From NCBI RefSeq assembly GCF_001194135.2, contig NC_068987.1, positions 47,225,938 to 47,272,532 on the forward strand: 46,595 nt of DNA, read 5' to 3'. How positions within the stretch are numbered: position 1 is the stretch's first letter; every line of letters starts with the position of its first letter. This document shows positions 34,634-46,299 of the stretch, one piece after another. Under the pieces are notes generated by a model, which ran no database searches, was not told the origin of the DNA, and saw nothing but the letters and a program-made list of their open reading frames with translations. This DNA comes from Octopus bimaculoides (taxonomy: Eukaryota). The translations under genes were made by a program, and so were the position numbers.

Positions 34634-36649
34634 GGGAGAGAGACAGTGATGAGATGAGATAGATATTTATGTGTGTGTGTATGTGTTTGCGCGCGCACGC
34701 TTACCTCATAACTTAAAATCCGGAAAATCAGACATTACACTATATTGTAATTGATTACTGCGTGGACTGATACCCAAGTCCGTCAGAGGAGCTTGCTGTG
34801 ATAACCGCACGATTCTCAAAATTCATATTTTATTCTATTCATTTGTATGTATGTATGTATGTATGTATGTATCTGTGTTTGTATGTGTTCGAGAGATTAA
34901 AGAAAAAGAAAGGGTCTTGTACACAATACTCTCATAATGTTTTTTAGCTGTGGTTGCAAGTCTGCAGCATTAGTAGACAGCTAGATAAATTATGATAAAT
35001 AAAATAACTACTCTCAATTATACATTAATCTTCCATAAATATATTCGTTATTACTGTTGTGACGTCCGACATGCTGGTTGTTTGTAAGTCAATCACATTT
35101 ATGAGATATCTTCTCTAATACGGTCCAGTTTCTTCACCCGGAATCTTTAGTAATAACCCGCAGTTCTTTAACTCAGAACACTTTTCTGCTAGCATAAGGT
35201 AAGCGTTATTTACTTATTTATATTCATTTTCAACATATTCACAAGAGTTGTGTGTGATAACGGTTTGGATACGATATATTTCGTCTTCTGTCCGTTTGTT
35301 GATTCTTTTAGTGCTTCACATAAAACCTTATTCAGCAGACTTCAACTGCAATCCTTCAAACAGTGTGTGTAGAAAGGACTATACCACCTAATTTCTGTTG
35401 TTGTTTTTTTTAAGACGGTAGGATGTGATTTGAGTGAGATTTAGCTGCTATTTCTAATAGGTTCATTGATTACATACAACCCAGGTTGTATATTTTATTG
35501 TTGCTATTTAGCTGCGGGTCAGCCCTGATCGACCAGATCCTTAGTGAAAGCCATTCCTAAGACTATCCTAGTGCGCACGCGTTTTAAAAGTACCTCTGAC
35601 AACGTTATCCAATTTGTCATCTTTTTGTATTGAAATTTGGCTGCTATTTTTAGCAAGCCGTTACCTTGATGCCTTCAGTTATAAGTTTATAAATTCCAAT
35701 GGTTCACGGAGCAATCAGGTAAGATGAGTCTCTTACTGTGTGACGGTTGTTTTGTTTCAGTTGGTGTGCATCCCGATGCATTGTTCAGAACTAATGAAAT
35801 TATTAAGGCTGTAACTCGCCTGGAAGTTATTGATTTTTCTCTGAATGGCCTCTGCGTTTTAAATTTTCTTTGCATCCCATACCTAAGGGCTATTGCGATT
35901 TTGGACTTCTATCTCATGTTCCACTCAAGTTATTGAGTCGGTCTTTCTGTATCCAGCTGTTAAGAGCATCGAGTATCTTTTCCCTCTCTCTCTCTCTCTC
36001 TCTGTCTTTCGCCAGCACCGTCCTTTCAGTTTTCTAGTTGTCACCAGATATTCAAGACCTGGTCTTTCCATATGATGTTCAATAAACAATAAACTTAGCC
36101 GATTGCCTCCACGTGTTGCCAAAAGGTTTTCTGGTTGCTTCTGTCCATTTGGTGACTTCAAAATTTGTCACTCTATCTTTATAGGATATTTTCAGCGAAA
36201 ATGTAGGATATATTTCCAACGAAACACATCTCTGCAGCATTGAAAGGTTTTAATTTCTTGATCTTCCAGTCCACTCGGCTAATATGTTATCAGACGTTGT
36301 ATATGTCTCAACGTTTGACGTCATTGCTCAAATATTGACAGTGTACTCCTCACATGCGCTGATCGCTTTAAATTTTAACATTCTAGCTTCGTCAACTAAG
36401 TTGTCGTGCAAACATATTTAGATCGTACGACTATTTTAGTTTTATATTAAATTTTATTATACTATTCAAATTCCCAAATTTTAAAAAATAGTGCATTTCA
36501 GCGAATTTTAAATTAGTGTTATTGAAAACAAACTCTTGAAGATTATTGGCAGTTAAAAAACTTAATAGGTTGATAAATATTAATGTTTTCACTCACACCC
36601 AGATTCACGCACACAAATTTACACAGATTCTCTATGTATGTCTCTCTCT

Positions 36650-36757
<108 letters not shown>

Positions 36758-37107
36758 CACTCGCGCATACCACGTCAACAGCACGGTTCTACCGGCAATA
36801 CTCTATGCAACTCTGCTATTGGGGGTTTGAAAATGTCACATCCGGTTTATGCTGCTCGGAGTTGTTAAAAACGAGAACGAAGTTCATAGATGAAAGAAGA
36901 CAAGCATAGGGAACAAACAGAACAAGGCTGGCTGTGAAGCTCATCCGAGTTATGTTCCAGCTGTATTCCCATGTATGACCAACGGAGATTATGGATATTA
37001 TCCATTTCGATCTTGGTTTACCGCCAGGTTTCCTACCGGTTGGTTCAACTTGAAGAATCCATCTTGTAATGATTCTTTCCTGTGACATTCTAATAATATA
37101 TCGGTAG

Positions 37108-37682
37108 GGATCTTTTTTAAAACGGGGGCCACATTTTTCATTAACGAAACACTTTGAAACTTGGATCACTGGTAGAATGTGTCATATAAAACATCTTTTT
37201 CTCTTAGTCTTCTTAAAAAAAAAAGAAATCCATAAATTATTCCATGTTAAAGTTGTATTTCTGTAATTTCAACCAATCACTGACGTCCATTCAGCCGATA
37301 TACATTAAGTGCCGACTACATAAACAAACGATTCTGAAACAATTAACCCTAACCCTAACCCTAACTCTAACCCTAACCCTAACCCTAGGGTTAGAGTTAG
37401 GGTTAGGGTTAAAGCAAATTTAAAATGAAAAAAGCAAATAAAACGAAGAATCGTTTGTTTATGTAGTCGGCACTTAATGTATATCGGCTGAATGGACGTC
37501 AGTGATTGGTTGAAATTATCGAAATAAGACAATTTTTTACATGAAATAAATTCGAATACAAAAATATTTTTCTGTTCTATAACACAAAATAGATAAGTAT
37601 ACGAAGTTTGAAAGTCTTTCGGTACCAAAAGCACTACGTAAAACATTAATGAAAAATGTGGCCCCCGTTTTAAAAAAGATCC
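37108..37682. mobile_element. Non-autonomous DNA transposon (GG termini, 8-bp TSD; possibly Merlin-like) with an inverted telomeric core
   Basis: Perfect 37-bp TIR GGATCTTTTTTAAAACGGGGGCCACATTTTTCATTAA; TSD ATCGGTAG at 37100-37107 and 37683-37690; inner 72-bp inverted repeat. Confidence 0.93.
37344..37411. repeat. Inverted interstitial telomeric repeats (TAACCC)7-TA-(GGGTTA)4
   Basis: Directly visible; one variant unit in each arm. Confidence 0.95.
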
Positions 37683-38494
37683 ATCGGTAGTACTGAAGCT
37701 GTGACCTTTCAATGCGGAGAAGTGGCGGTTCGGCCTGGAGAGACTCTTGGCTTTCTCGCTACGCACACTATTGAGTAACGTTATTCTAGATTCTTTGGAG
37801 GAACCCCATTTCGACTGCTTGTTTTCGCCATCGTTTTCTTTCAGTCATTGTCCAAATTTCATGACTATTGACTCGGAAACCGAAATGAAGAGAGAGAGAG
37901 AGAGTTTAGCTCTTTTTACCAACCTCTCTTGTTTTGAGGGTTGAATGCTGGAGCTGGTGCATTACTGTGCATTCAGCTTTCTGATTCCCATCGCTTGTGG
38001 GAAGCGGGAAAGTTATATTATTGAAATAATATAGAACTCTGTCGTTAATTCAAATTACGCATTAAAAAAAATCATACGTCTAAAAAGTTTGTGCGTAGTT
38101 TCAAATACCATGGAACAAAGAAAATTATTATTTCGTTGTTTCACGTTTAATTTGTTAATTAAAGTGTTAATTTTTACAATATTTGAAATATATTCAAACA
38201 TTACATAAATTAATAGTCTCATTCATAGAGCATAAAACCTGGATATTTTTTTGAAATATAAGCAAATTTAAGTGTCAAATAATGACCAATGAAAGAATAT
38301 AATTCTCTATCTCCCATGCTATTTGAAATCGCATACTAACATTTGGAAGATATGTTTAAAAGTGAAATTTTAATAACATCGTTTCAAGCATACCAATTTT
38401 TTCTTTCCTCTCCTTCCCACGTGTGCGTGCGCGCGCGCATAAAGACGGTAAAAGATATATTAAATACCATGCAAAATAAATTCATTTATTCTTT

Positions 38495-38760
38495 TCTACT
38501 CTAGGCACGAGGCCCGAAATTTTGGGGAGGGGGCCAGTCGATAAGATCGACTCCAGTACATAACTGATACTTAATTTATCAACCTCGAAAGGATGAAAGG
38601 CAAAGTCGACCTCGGCGGAATTTGAACTCAGAACGTAAAGACAGACGAAATATCGCTAAGCANNNNNNNNNNGCGGAATTTGAACTCAGAACGTAAAGAC
38701 AGACGAAATATCGCTAAGCATTTCGCCCGGCGTGCTAACGTTTCTGCCAGCTCGCCGCCT
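38495..38760 (-). mobile_element. SINE family B spanning a 10-N gap
   Basis: High similarity to 14338-14530; about 48 bp repeated across the gap. Confidence 0.85.
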
Positions 38761-38784
38761 TAAATTCTTCGTTTATTGAAATTA

Positions 38785-39250
38785 TCCTCACTTCCAGCAG
38801 TGGTAAAACAATCGCCTGGTGGGAGTTAGGATCATCTCCAAATGGGAATGGGATATATGAAAATGACATGCCATTAAGGGAAAGGCAATCTTATTGTCTG
38901 GAGACCAGGGGACAGCTGTGAACATGTTTCTCTCTCAATAGGAGTCATTAGCAGAGTTCAATTACGGTCTAGAATAATTTTCAAGATTAAATCTTAAAAA
39001 AAAAGGGATAACAAAAGCAACTCATAGTAGATACTGGCATTAAATTCCTAATTTATTGAACGTGCCCTTGCTTCCAGAGAAGGTAAGACAATCGCCCGGT
39101 GGTAGTTGGGACCAAACCCCCAAATAGGAAGGGGAAGTAATCTCAAGAATCAAGAATTCCTCAGAATAAACGTGCTTCTAAAGAAAAAAAAACAATACGA
39201 TTGTTTGGAGTCAAGAGAACACAGCTGTTTGCTTTACCTTCTCTGGATGC
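38785..39250. repeat. Old tandem duplication (~283 bp period)
   Basis: cttccag..g.ggtaa.acaatcgcc.ggtgg and attgt.tggag...cagctgt each occur twice. Confidence 0.6.
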
Positions 39251-39534
39251 AGGGATAATTTCAGTCAATCAGGAATTTAGCCTTTATGATATTTGATATA
39301 CTTTTCTTTAGTTATATATATATATATATATAGTTTTAGAGAAAAGAACTAAAGTTCATGAACTCATCCATGAAAATCCAGTCACATATAGAAAAATTAA
39401 TAAGTAAATGCACGATAAATAAGTATAATATAATACAAAGTAAAAATCATAAGATAATAATAATGATAATAATAATAATAATAATCATTATATTATTATT
39501 ATTATTATTATCTTATGATTTATATACATATATA

Positions 39535-39567
<33 letters not shown>

Positions 39568-39879
39568 ATTTGTATGTGTCTGTATACCTATATGTATATA
39601 TGTCAATATATATATAGCTATATGTCTATCTATCTATCTATATATGTGTGTGTGTTTATATATATGTCTATATGTATATGTTTATACATATATATATTTA
39701 TACACACACACACATAGATCAGACATATGAAAGTGTGCATATGTATATTATATATCTGTGTCTAAGTTATACACACATATAGATACACTACATGACTTAA
39801 GGGGGAAATTTAAAATCTAAACTGACCAATGAATACGTAACTGACCTGTCCGTATAATAGTTTAATGCAATCTTACTGG

Positions 39880-40140
39880 TTTAGCTGTCAACCTCCATGT
39901 CTTTCAAGGGAATGATTGGGAGTCGGAAGTAGCGGCGAACTAAAATTAGTGGGTGAAATGGTGACGTCGGAAACGGTGTTCGCGTGCGAAGCGCGTGTGG
40001 GAGGAGGCCCTTATAGCGACAGAAGTGTCGGAAATAAAGAAGGGTTCGACATGACGCGAACGTAGACAAAGACTTCTTTTTGTACGGTTGTGTAGAGCAG
40101 GGAGCCTTGTTTCGGAAGGGGATGGTGACAGTGTTGACGT
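39880..40140 (-). pseudogene. Possible CR1/L2-like LINE RT C-terminal remnant
   Basis: Weak motifs TVQK, TLLYFRHF and SQSFP*KTWRL across frames. Confidence 0.35.
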
Positions 40141-41267
40141 TGGTGACAAATGTTTGTCTTAATAGTGAGGGTAGAGGTGTTGATTGTGGCGTTGGTTTCT
40201 TTTTCTTTTCTTTTTTTTTTTGGATATGGGTGGTGTACGAGAAACGAAGGCGCTAGATGAGTCGGCGGTGCACTTTATGTAGCATCACACCATCTCTACT
40301 ACAGTCACACAACCGACCACGAACACCTCTACCACCACTATGAGCCAACGACGTAACTTCTGTGTCGTCGTTCATGAAATAGTAGTCAAATTTCCCTCAA
40401 ATTACATGTCACCGTCTTAAAGAAAGACAGGATACATTGGATAAATGCAATTTCAGATATCAGAAAAGTGGAAAATATACATATGAAAAAAAAAGACAAA
40501 ATAGTCATAGCTGGAAAAATGCCTTTGATCTATAAGGTCTACTCAATAAAGGCAGATATAACTCTAAACAACAGCAGACACCAACATTATTAGCTGTCAT
40601 CATACCCAAAACGCATCTCGAAAGAAAGAAAACAAACAATACGAAGTATATATTCAAATATATTCACTGACGTAACTACCACCACCACATTAATTGTCGT
40701 CATCGCCATCTTTTGTTGCCATCATATCAATAATATGGTGTACATCCAGACGAACGAGGGGAGGGGGTAACAACTTTACTTGCTGCTACTACCGCCACTA
40801 CAACTGCGATGAAGTTTAAGATCTTGTACTTCCATCTCTCTCGAACACTTTTTTGTAGAAAGTCTTCGAGTGTTTTCAATATAAGAGGAAGGATTTACAA
40901 AGAAAAACAAAATAAATAATATATTGCTTTCAGATTTTTAATCATATGTTTTACGCAAAAGTGTTTGCAGAAATCAAAATCCATTGTTTTATTGTCGCAG
41001 TCTTAAGTGTTTTGTGGTGATTCAAGGTAAAATCTTGCGAAAAACTATTGAACAGTTTAGTACACGTTTTTTGTATATGCAGTGTTAGCGGCATTATTGC
41101 TTATGACAAGCTGTATAGTGATACGTCCTTACAGCAATCTTAAATGTATCTTGATGTTTATTATTTTTTTTTTGTTTTCGCTTTTCTTTTTAGATAGTCT
41201 GGATATGATAAAAAGACAGTTTCTCTGCGAAGCGACACATTTCCCCAACAGGGATGCCAAATGTCTA

Positions 41268-41435
41268 GATGCAGGCATGCCTATGTGGTTGACTGGCTCG
41301 TTTTGCAAATAAGTGATTTTGGGCTCTGTCCCACTGTACAGCACTTTGAGCAAGTGTCTTCAACTATCGCTCCGAGCCGATTAATGCTTCGTGAATGAAT
41401 TTTGTAGATGGAAACTGTGTGGCAGCCTGTCATGT
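41268..41435 (+). mobile_element. SINE family A, diverged 5' half
   Basis: gatgcaggcatgcctatgtgg...gtcccactgtacagcactttgagcaagtgtcttc. Confidence 0.7.
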
Positions 41436-42280
41436 ATATATATATATATGTGTGTGTGTTCCCCCCCCCCATATCATTTGATAACCAGTGATGTATATAC
41501 TTTGCATGTTGAGTCCTGATGATCTGTTCTGTGTTACTGAATAATAATAGGTGGTACTGGAGCAGCAATTCAGTGATGTTAGGACTGTCAGAATATATTT
41601 GTTCCACAGAAATTTCACATGACACGGTGCAATGGGTCAAAATTAACGAAAATGTAAAATCTTGTTGGCAGAGTTGTGAAAGAATTTCGGGTCTTTAGAT
41701 TTTACGTTGATATAAACCAAAAGAAAGATGACTGCAACACATTTCCATTCACACGGCAATGGCCTTAGAAAAAGCGATATTGATAATGTTGATGAGTGGT
41801 CATCATCATCATCCCATTGGGCAACTTGCTTGGTCCAATGCAATGCCTTCACACCAGATGTCCCAATCGAGTGATGCAGCATGGACATCTGATTTAGGTT
41901 TTAATCTCTTTAGTTATTTGCTAGCCAAAATATCTCCTCTGCACATGTCACATCTACAGATGATAGCAGTAGTTTGCTAACTGAACTGGTTGATACTGGC
42001 CATTGACAGTTTCTTGTCTGTTCATCTGCCATTGATTCACTCAGTTCATTTGCTGAAATAGTTTACATCCACCATGTTGCATCTCATGATTTCTGGCTCT
42101 ACACACCTTAAAACCTTAGAACTCTCAAACCAGAGCCTTAACCGGATGCAGTTGTGCCTTGGGTATGATGAATTGTGAAACTATTATAAAGTCAACTTTT
42201 GGTTTATAACCATAGAGCTAAATTATTCATGTTATTTTGTGACTTCTGTTGCTGGTGTATGTACCAATAATGGTTTCTGA

Positions 42281-43560
42281 TTGAGGCACAAGTCCAGATA
42301 TTTACAGAAGAGAGAGCTGGTCGATATTATCAATACCTTTTGTTTGTTTTTTTGGCACTGGATGAGCGCACTGATAACCAAGACACTGCACAGCTACTTG
42401 TCTTTGTCCATGGAATTGATGAAAATTTCATCATCACAGAGGAGCTACTTGATTTGGAATTAATGAAAAATACAACCACTGGTCAGGACTTGTTTGACTG
42501 TGTTGTAGATTGTGTGGAGAAAAGTGCCTTGTCATGGAAAAGTATAGCAAGCATTACAACAGATTGGGCCAGAGCATTTACTGGAAAAAATGTGGGTATG
42601 ATTAAACTTTTAGAGAACAAGTTAAAAGCAGAACACCCAGAGAGTGATATCTTGTCTTTTCATTGTATTTTGCATCAGGAAGGCCTCTGTAAAGCTGCAC
42701 TGGACCTAAAACGTGTGGTGAACACAATCAGAACAAGGGTGCTCTACCATTGACAATTTAAATCTCTGCTTGAGGATATGGAGGCAGAATATGGAGATGT
42801 GATTTACCACAACGGTGTGCGGTGGTTGATCCTAGGCAAAATGCTAAAACAGATTTGGGAATTACAGAATGAAATCCTCCTCTTTCTAGACATGAAGGGG
42901 CTTTCATGTGATTTTGAGATGATGTTTGCAGTTTATATGTTTGAGAAATTGAATGTAACATTGCAGGGAAAGGGGTTGTTTGTACATGAAATGTTCAGGC
43001 ATGTGAGATCATTCAAAACAAAAGTAGGTCTGTTTGCAAGGCAAGAAGGTAAGGGTAAGTTTTGTCATTTCCCTTTATTAAGACAGCAGAAAGTGCCTGC
43101 AAGTGTTTCTTCCAAGATTAGGGATCACTTTCTGAGTTTAGAGGATGAGGTCACAAGAAGATTTCAGAATTTTAAGAAATTTGAGCTTAATTTACATTTG
43201 TTATCTTATCCTTTTGCTGCTGATATTGATACAGCACCTGAGGAGGTGGAGCTTGAACTAATTGACATGCAGTCAGATCACACGCTGAAAGAAATGTTTA
43301 ATTCTGTGACATTGATAGAATTTTGCGTGAAGAAATCTGCTGGGAAAATGTTTTCTACTTTTGGATCCACATATATTTGGGAGCAAAGTTTTTCTTGCAT
43401 GAAAATCAACAAGAGTAGAAATAGGTCCTCTGTGACTGACATAAACTTGCAGGCAGTGATGAGGATCTCAACAAACAACCTCACTCTTGATTTCAAAAGA
43501 ATTGTAAGTGTGACAGGTTACATTTGTCTCATTAAATTACTTGTGCTGGCTGATGTGTAA
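42281..43560 (+). pseudogene. hAT transposase pseudogene (GTF2IRD2/SPIN/Charlie-like), N-terminally truncated
   Basis: LALDERTD, ITTDWA, HCILHQE, H*QFK (in-frame TGA at 42751), VRWL, FGSTYIWEQSFS, KSRNRSSVTD; ORFs 42340 and 42778 share a frame. Confidence 0.9.
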
Positions 43561-43738
43561 TTTTCACATAAATAAATTTAATGACCTTTTCTGTGTACCA
43601 CCATTGTTTTAGTTTTATTTATTTATTATTATTATTTCGTATTAAATGAAATGTAACGTTAACTAATGAATACGATCAGTTATAGAAGGTATGGCCCTCT
43701 CAAAGTGGCCCCCAAATCAAAACAATTGCCCATCCCTA
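42281..43738 (+). mobile_element. hAT element remnant including its right terminus
   Basis: 3' end tggcccccaaatcaaaacaattgcccatcccta resembles Charlie-type TTGCCCACCCCTG; no left TIR found. Confidence 0.7.
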
Positions 43739-44352
43739 GTTTAGCAGGATTTTATGGGTACAAGGACTATATCATGCTTCAACGTCTGCTTTAACATGGT
43801 TTCCACTGACGGATATCCTTCCTAATGTCAGGTGTGTGGGACAGTGGGACCAAGACTGTAGGTGATTGGAAGTTGGAAGAGAATGTATGGGAGTGAGATT
43901 AGCTAACCTTGTAAGGTAGATGTAGTAAATAGTGGATAAGAGGTGGATGATGACCAATGGTGCATGAGTTGGGGAAGGTTGGGAGAGTAGGAGATGACTG
44001 ACAATGCAGAAAGAAAACAAATGTTGATTTATATAAGACACATGTAATCTGTGTGTCTATATAAATTTGGGGAAGGGCATGGATAGTGTCAAATGAAGCA
44101 ATTATTCTATGGGCTATAGAGATGAATGAGGCATTGTATACGAAATAATCTTAGAATATGATACCTAATAAAGCTATTGCAAATTATGTAATATTTTTGA
44201 AAATTATTGCTGATATCTTCCCTGTTTGTGGGTTTTGCATAGGTATGTTTTGGCATATTTATTATATTTATTATTTTTCTAGTCATTGTTTTTTTAGTAA
44301 ACAAATAAATGAAAATCCAGAATCTTAGAAATCATACATACCCAAAATCAAG

Positions 44353-44411
<59 letters not shown>

Positions 44412-44429
44412 CACGTGATCATCTTTTTT

Positions 44430-44800
44430 TTTTCTTTCAGGACTGTCCTAAGAACCGGATGTATCCAATCTCTCTCTTCTATCTTTTCTTTTGTCAAAGA
44501 AAATATTTTTCCAGTGTTCATTATTTTATCCTTGTTTGGGTCTAATGACTTTCGTTGGGTTTCCTTGTATGTCTCCACTGTCCTGTTTTTGTTCCCAACT
44601 TTGACCCTCCATAAATCCCAAATTTTATTTTGGTACTTATGGGAGCAACTGTCTTTGAAGACTCATATTGTTGTTCAATGCTCGAAATGAGGAAGTAGAT
44701 AGACAGCCGACAATTGATGAAGGGTCGTGCATATTGAACTCATTTGATTTTGTATTTCATGTTGTTTACTGTTGGTGACATCCTGTACCCATATATGCAT
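44430..44800. mobile_element. Diverged second copy of the hammerhead-bearing repeat (cf. 7830-8262)
   Basis: Shared collinear blocks and the same tcctgtacccatatatgcat end before a microsatellite. Confidence 0.6.
44662..44739 (+). ncRNA. Second candidate permuted hammerhead
   Basis: CUCAU-A-UUGUUG; GCUC-GAAA-UGAG; CGACAA-UUGAUGA-AGGGU; stems differ from copy 1 but keep pairing. Confidence 0.55.
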
Positions 44801-44805
44801 ATGTG

Positions 44806-44842
<37 letters not shown>

Positions 44843-44851
44843 ATATATATA

Positions 44852-44930
<79 letters not shown>

Positions 44931-46299
44931 NNNNNNNNNNNNNNNNNNNNNNNNNNNNNNNNNNNNNNNNNNNNNNNNNNNNNNNNNNNNNNNNNNNNNN
45001 NNNNNNNNNNNNNNNNNNNNNNNNNNNNNNNNNNNNNNNNNNNNNNNNNNNNNNNNNNNNNNNNNNNNNNNNNNNNNNNNNNNNNNNNNNNNNNNNNNNN
45101 NNNNNNNNNNNNNNNNNNNNNNNNNNNNNNNNNNNNNNNNNNNNNNNNNNNNNNNNNNNNNNNNNNNNNNNNNNNNNNNNNNNNNNNNNNNNNNNNNNNN
45201 NNNNNNNNNNNNNNNNNNNNNNNNNNNNNNNNNNNNNNNNNNNNNNNNNNNNNNNNNNNNNNNNNNNNNNNNNNNNNNNNNNNNNNNNNNNNNNNNNNNN
45301 NNNNNNNNNNNNNNNNNNNNNNNNNNNNNNNNNNNNNNNNNNNNNNNNNNNNNNNNNNNNNNNNNNNNNNNNNNNNNNNNNNNNNNNNNNNNNNNNNNNN
45401 NNNNNNNNNNNNNNNNNNNNNNNNNNNNNNNNNNNNNNNNNNNNNNNNNNNNNNNNNNNNNNNNNNNNNNNNNNNNNNNNNNNNNNNNNNNNNNNNNNNN
45501 NNNNNNNNNNNNNNNNNNNNNNNNNNNNNNNNNNNNNNNNNNNNNNNNNNNNNNNNNNNNNNNNNNNNNNNNNNNNNNNNNNNNNNNNNNNNNNNNNNNN
45601 NNNNNNNNNNNNNNNNNNNNNNNNNNNNNNNNNNNNNNNNNNNNNNNNNNNNNNNNNNNNNNNNNNNNNNNNNNNNNNNNNNNNNNNNNNNNNNNNNNNN
45701 NNNNNNNNNNNNNNNNNNNNNNNNNNNNNNNNNNNNNNNNNNNNNNNNNNNNNNNNNNNNNNNNNNNNNNNNNNNNNNNNNNNNNNNNNNNNNNNNNNNN
45801 NNNNNNNNNNNNNNNNNNNNNNNNNNNNNNNNNNNNNNNNNNNATATATATATATATATAGACAGGTATCAATTTGTGTTGTAAGATTTCTGACGTGTCG
45901 AAACTGATATTGTTATATTTCAGGATAGTCATTGGAGGGGGGGGGGGGAGAAAATAGCCATCCCAAAATACAACAATATATATGACAATTATTTGCGACT
46001 ACTACTACAACTAATAACATTCATTCTACATGGCAACTTGAGTTGCTAAAAGTAGCAGCCAAATCTTCCTCATGTTGCCTCCTACCTGCATCAAGTTAAA
46101 TGTGTCTTTACTAGCACCAAGGACTTTATGGACTGGACTACTAAATTAGTTAAATGCCATTTGACGAAGACAGTCGTCAACAACTCGTTGTAGGGCACCC
46201 TGAAGAAGGCAATTATATGAGAACCAATATCTTCTAATATAATAATGAGCATAGTGTTTTTATATATTTGTGTATATATAAACATAACTTTTATACTCA

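Larger units (their letters stand above)
36830..37800 (-). pseudogene. RTE-clade LINE RT C-terminus, split by a DNA transposon insertion
   Basis: Joined flanks read ESLQAEPPLLRIERSQLQYYRYIIRMSQERIITRWILQVEPTGRKPGGKPRSKW. Confidence 0.85.

Noticed and set aside
37344-37411. Relic of a chromosome end-to-end fusion
   Set aside because: The orientation is (CCCTAA)n then (TTAGGG)n, opposite to a telomere fusion, and the array lies inside an element with TIRs and a TSD.
38624-38722. Tandem duplication inside a SINE
   Set aside because: The duplicated ~48 bp flank a 10-N gap, typical of an unmerged contig overlap.
44744-45932. Long ORFs of 350-388 aa, and similar ORFs at 8035-8777 and 27282-27983
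   Set aside because: Artefacts of N-gaps and TA/TG microsatellites that contain no stop codons in some frames.
46154-46237. Gypsy RT fragment (MPFDEDSRQQLVV)
   Set aside because: Only a few residues match, and the following RLPFG and YxDD motifs are absent.
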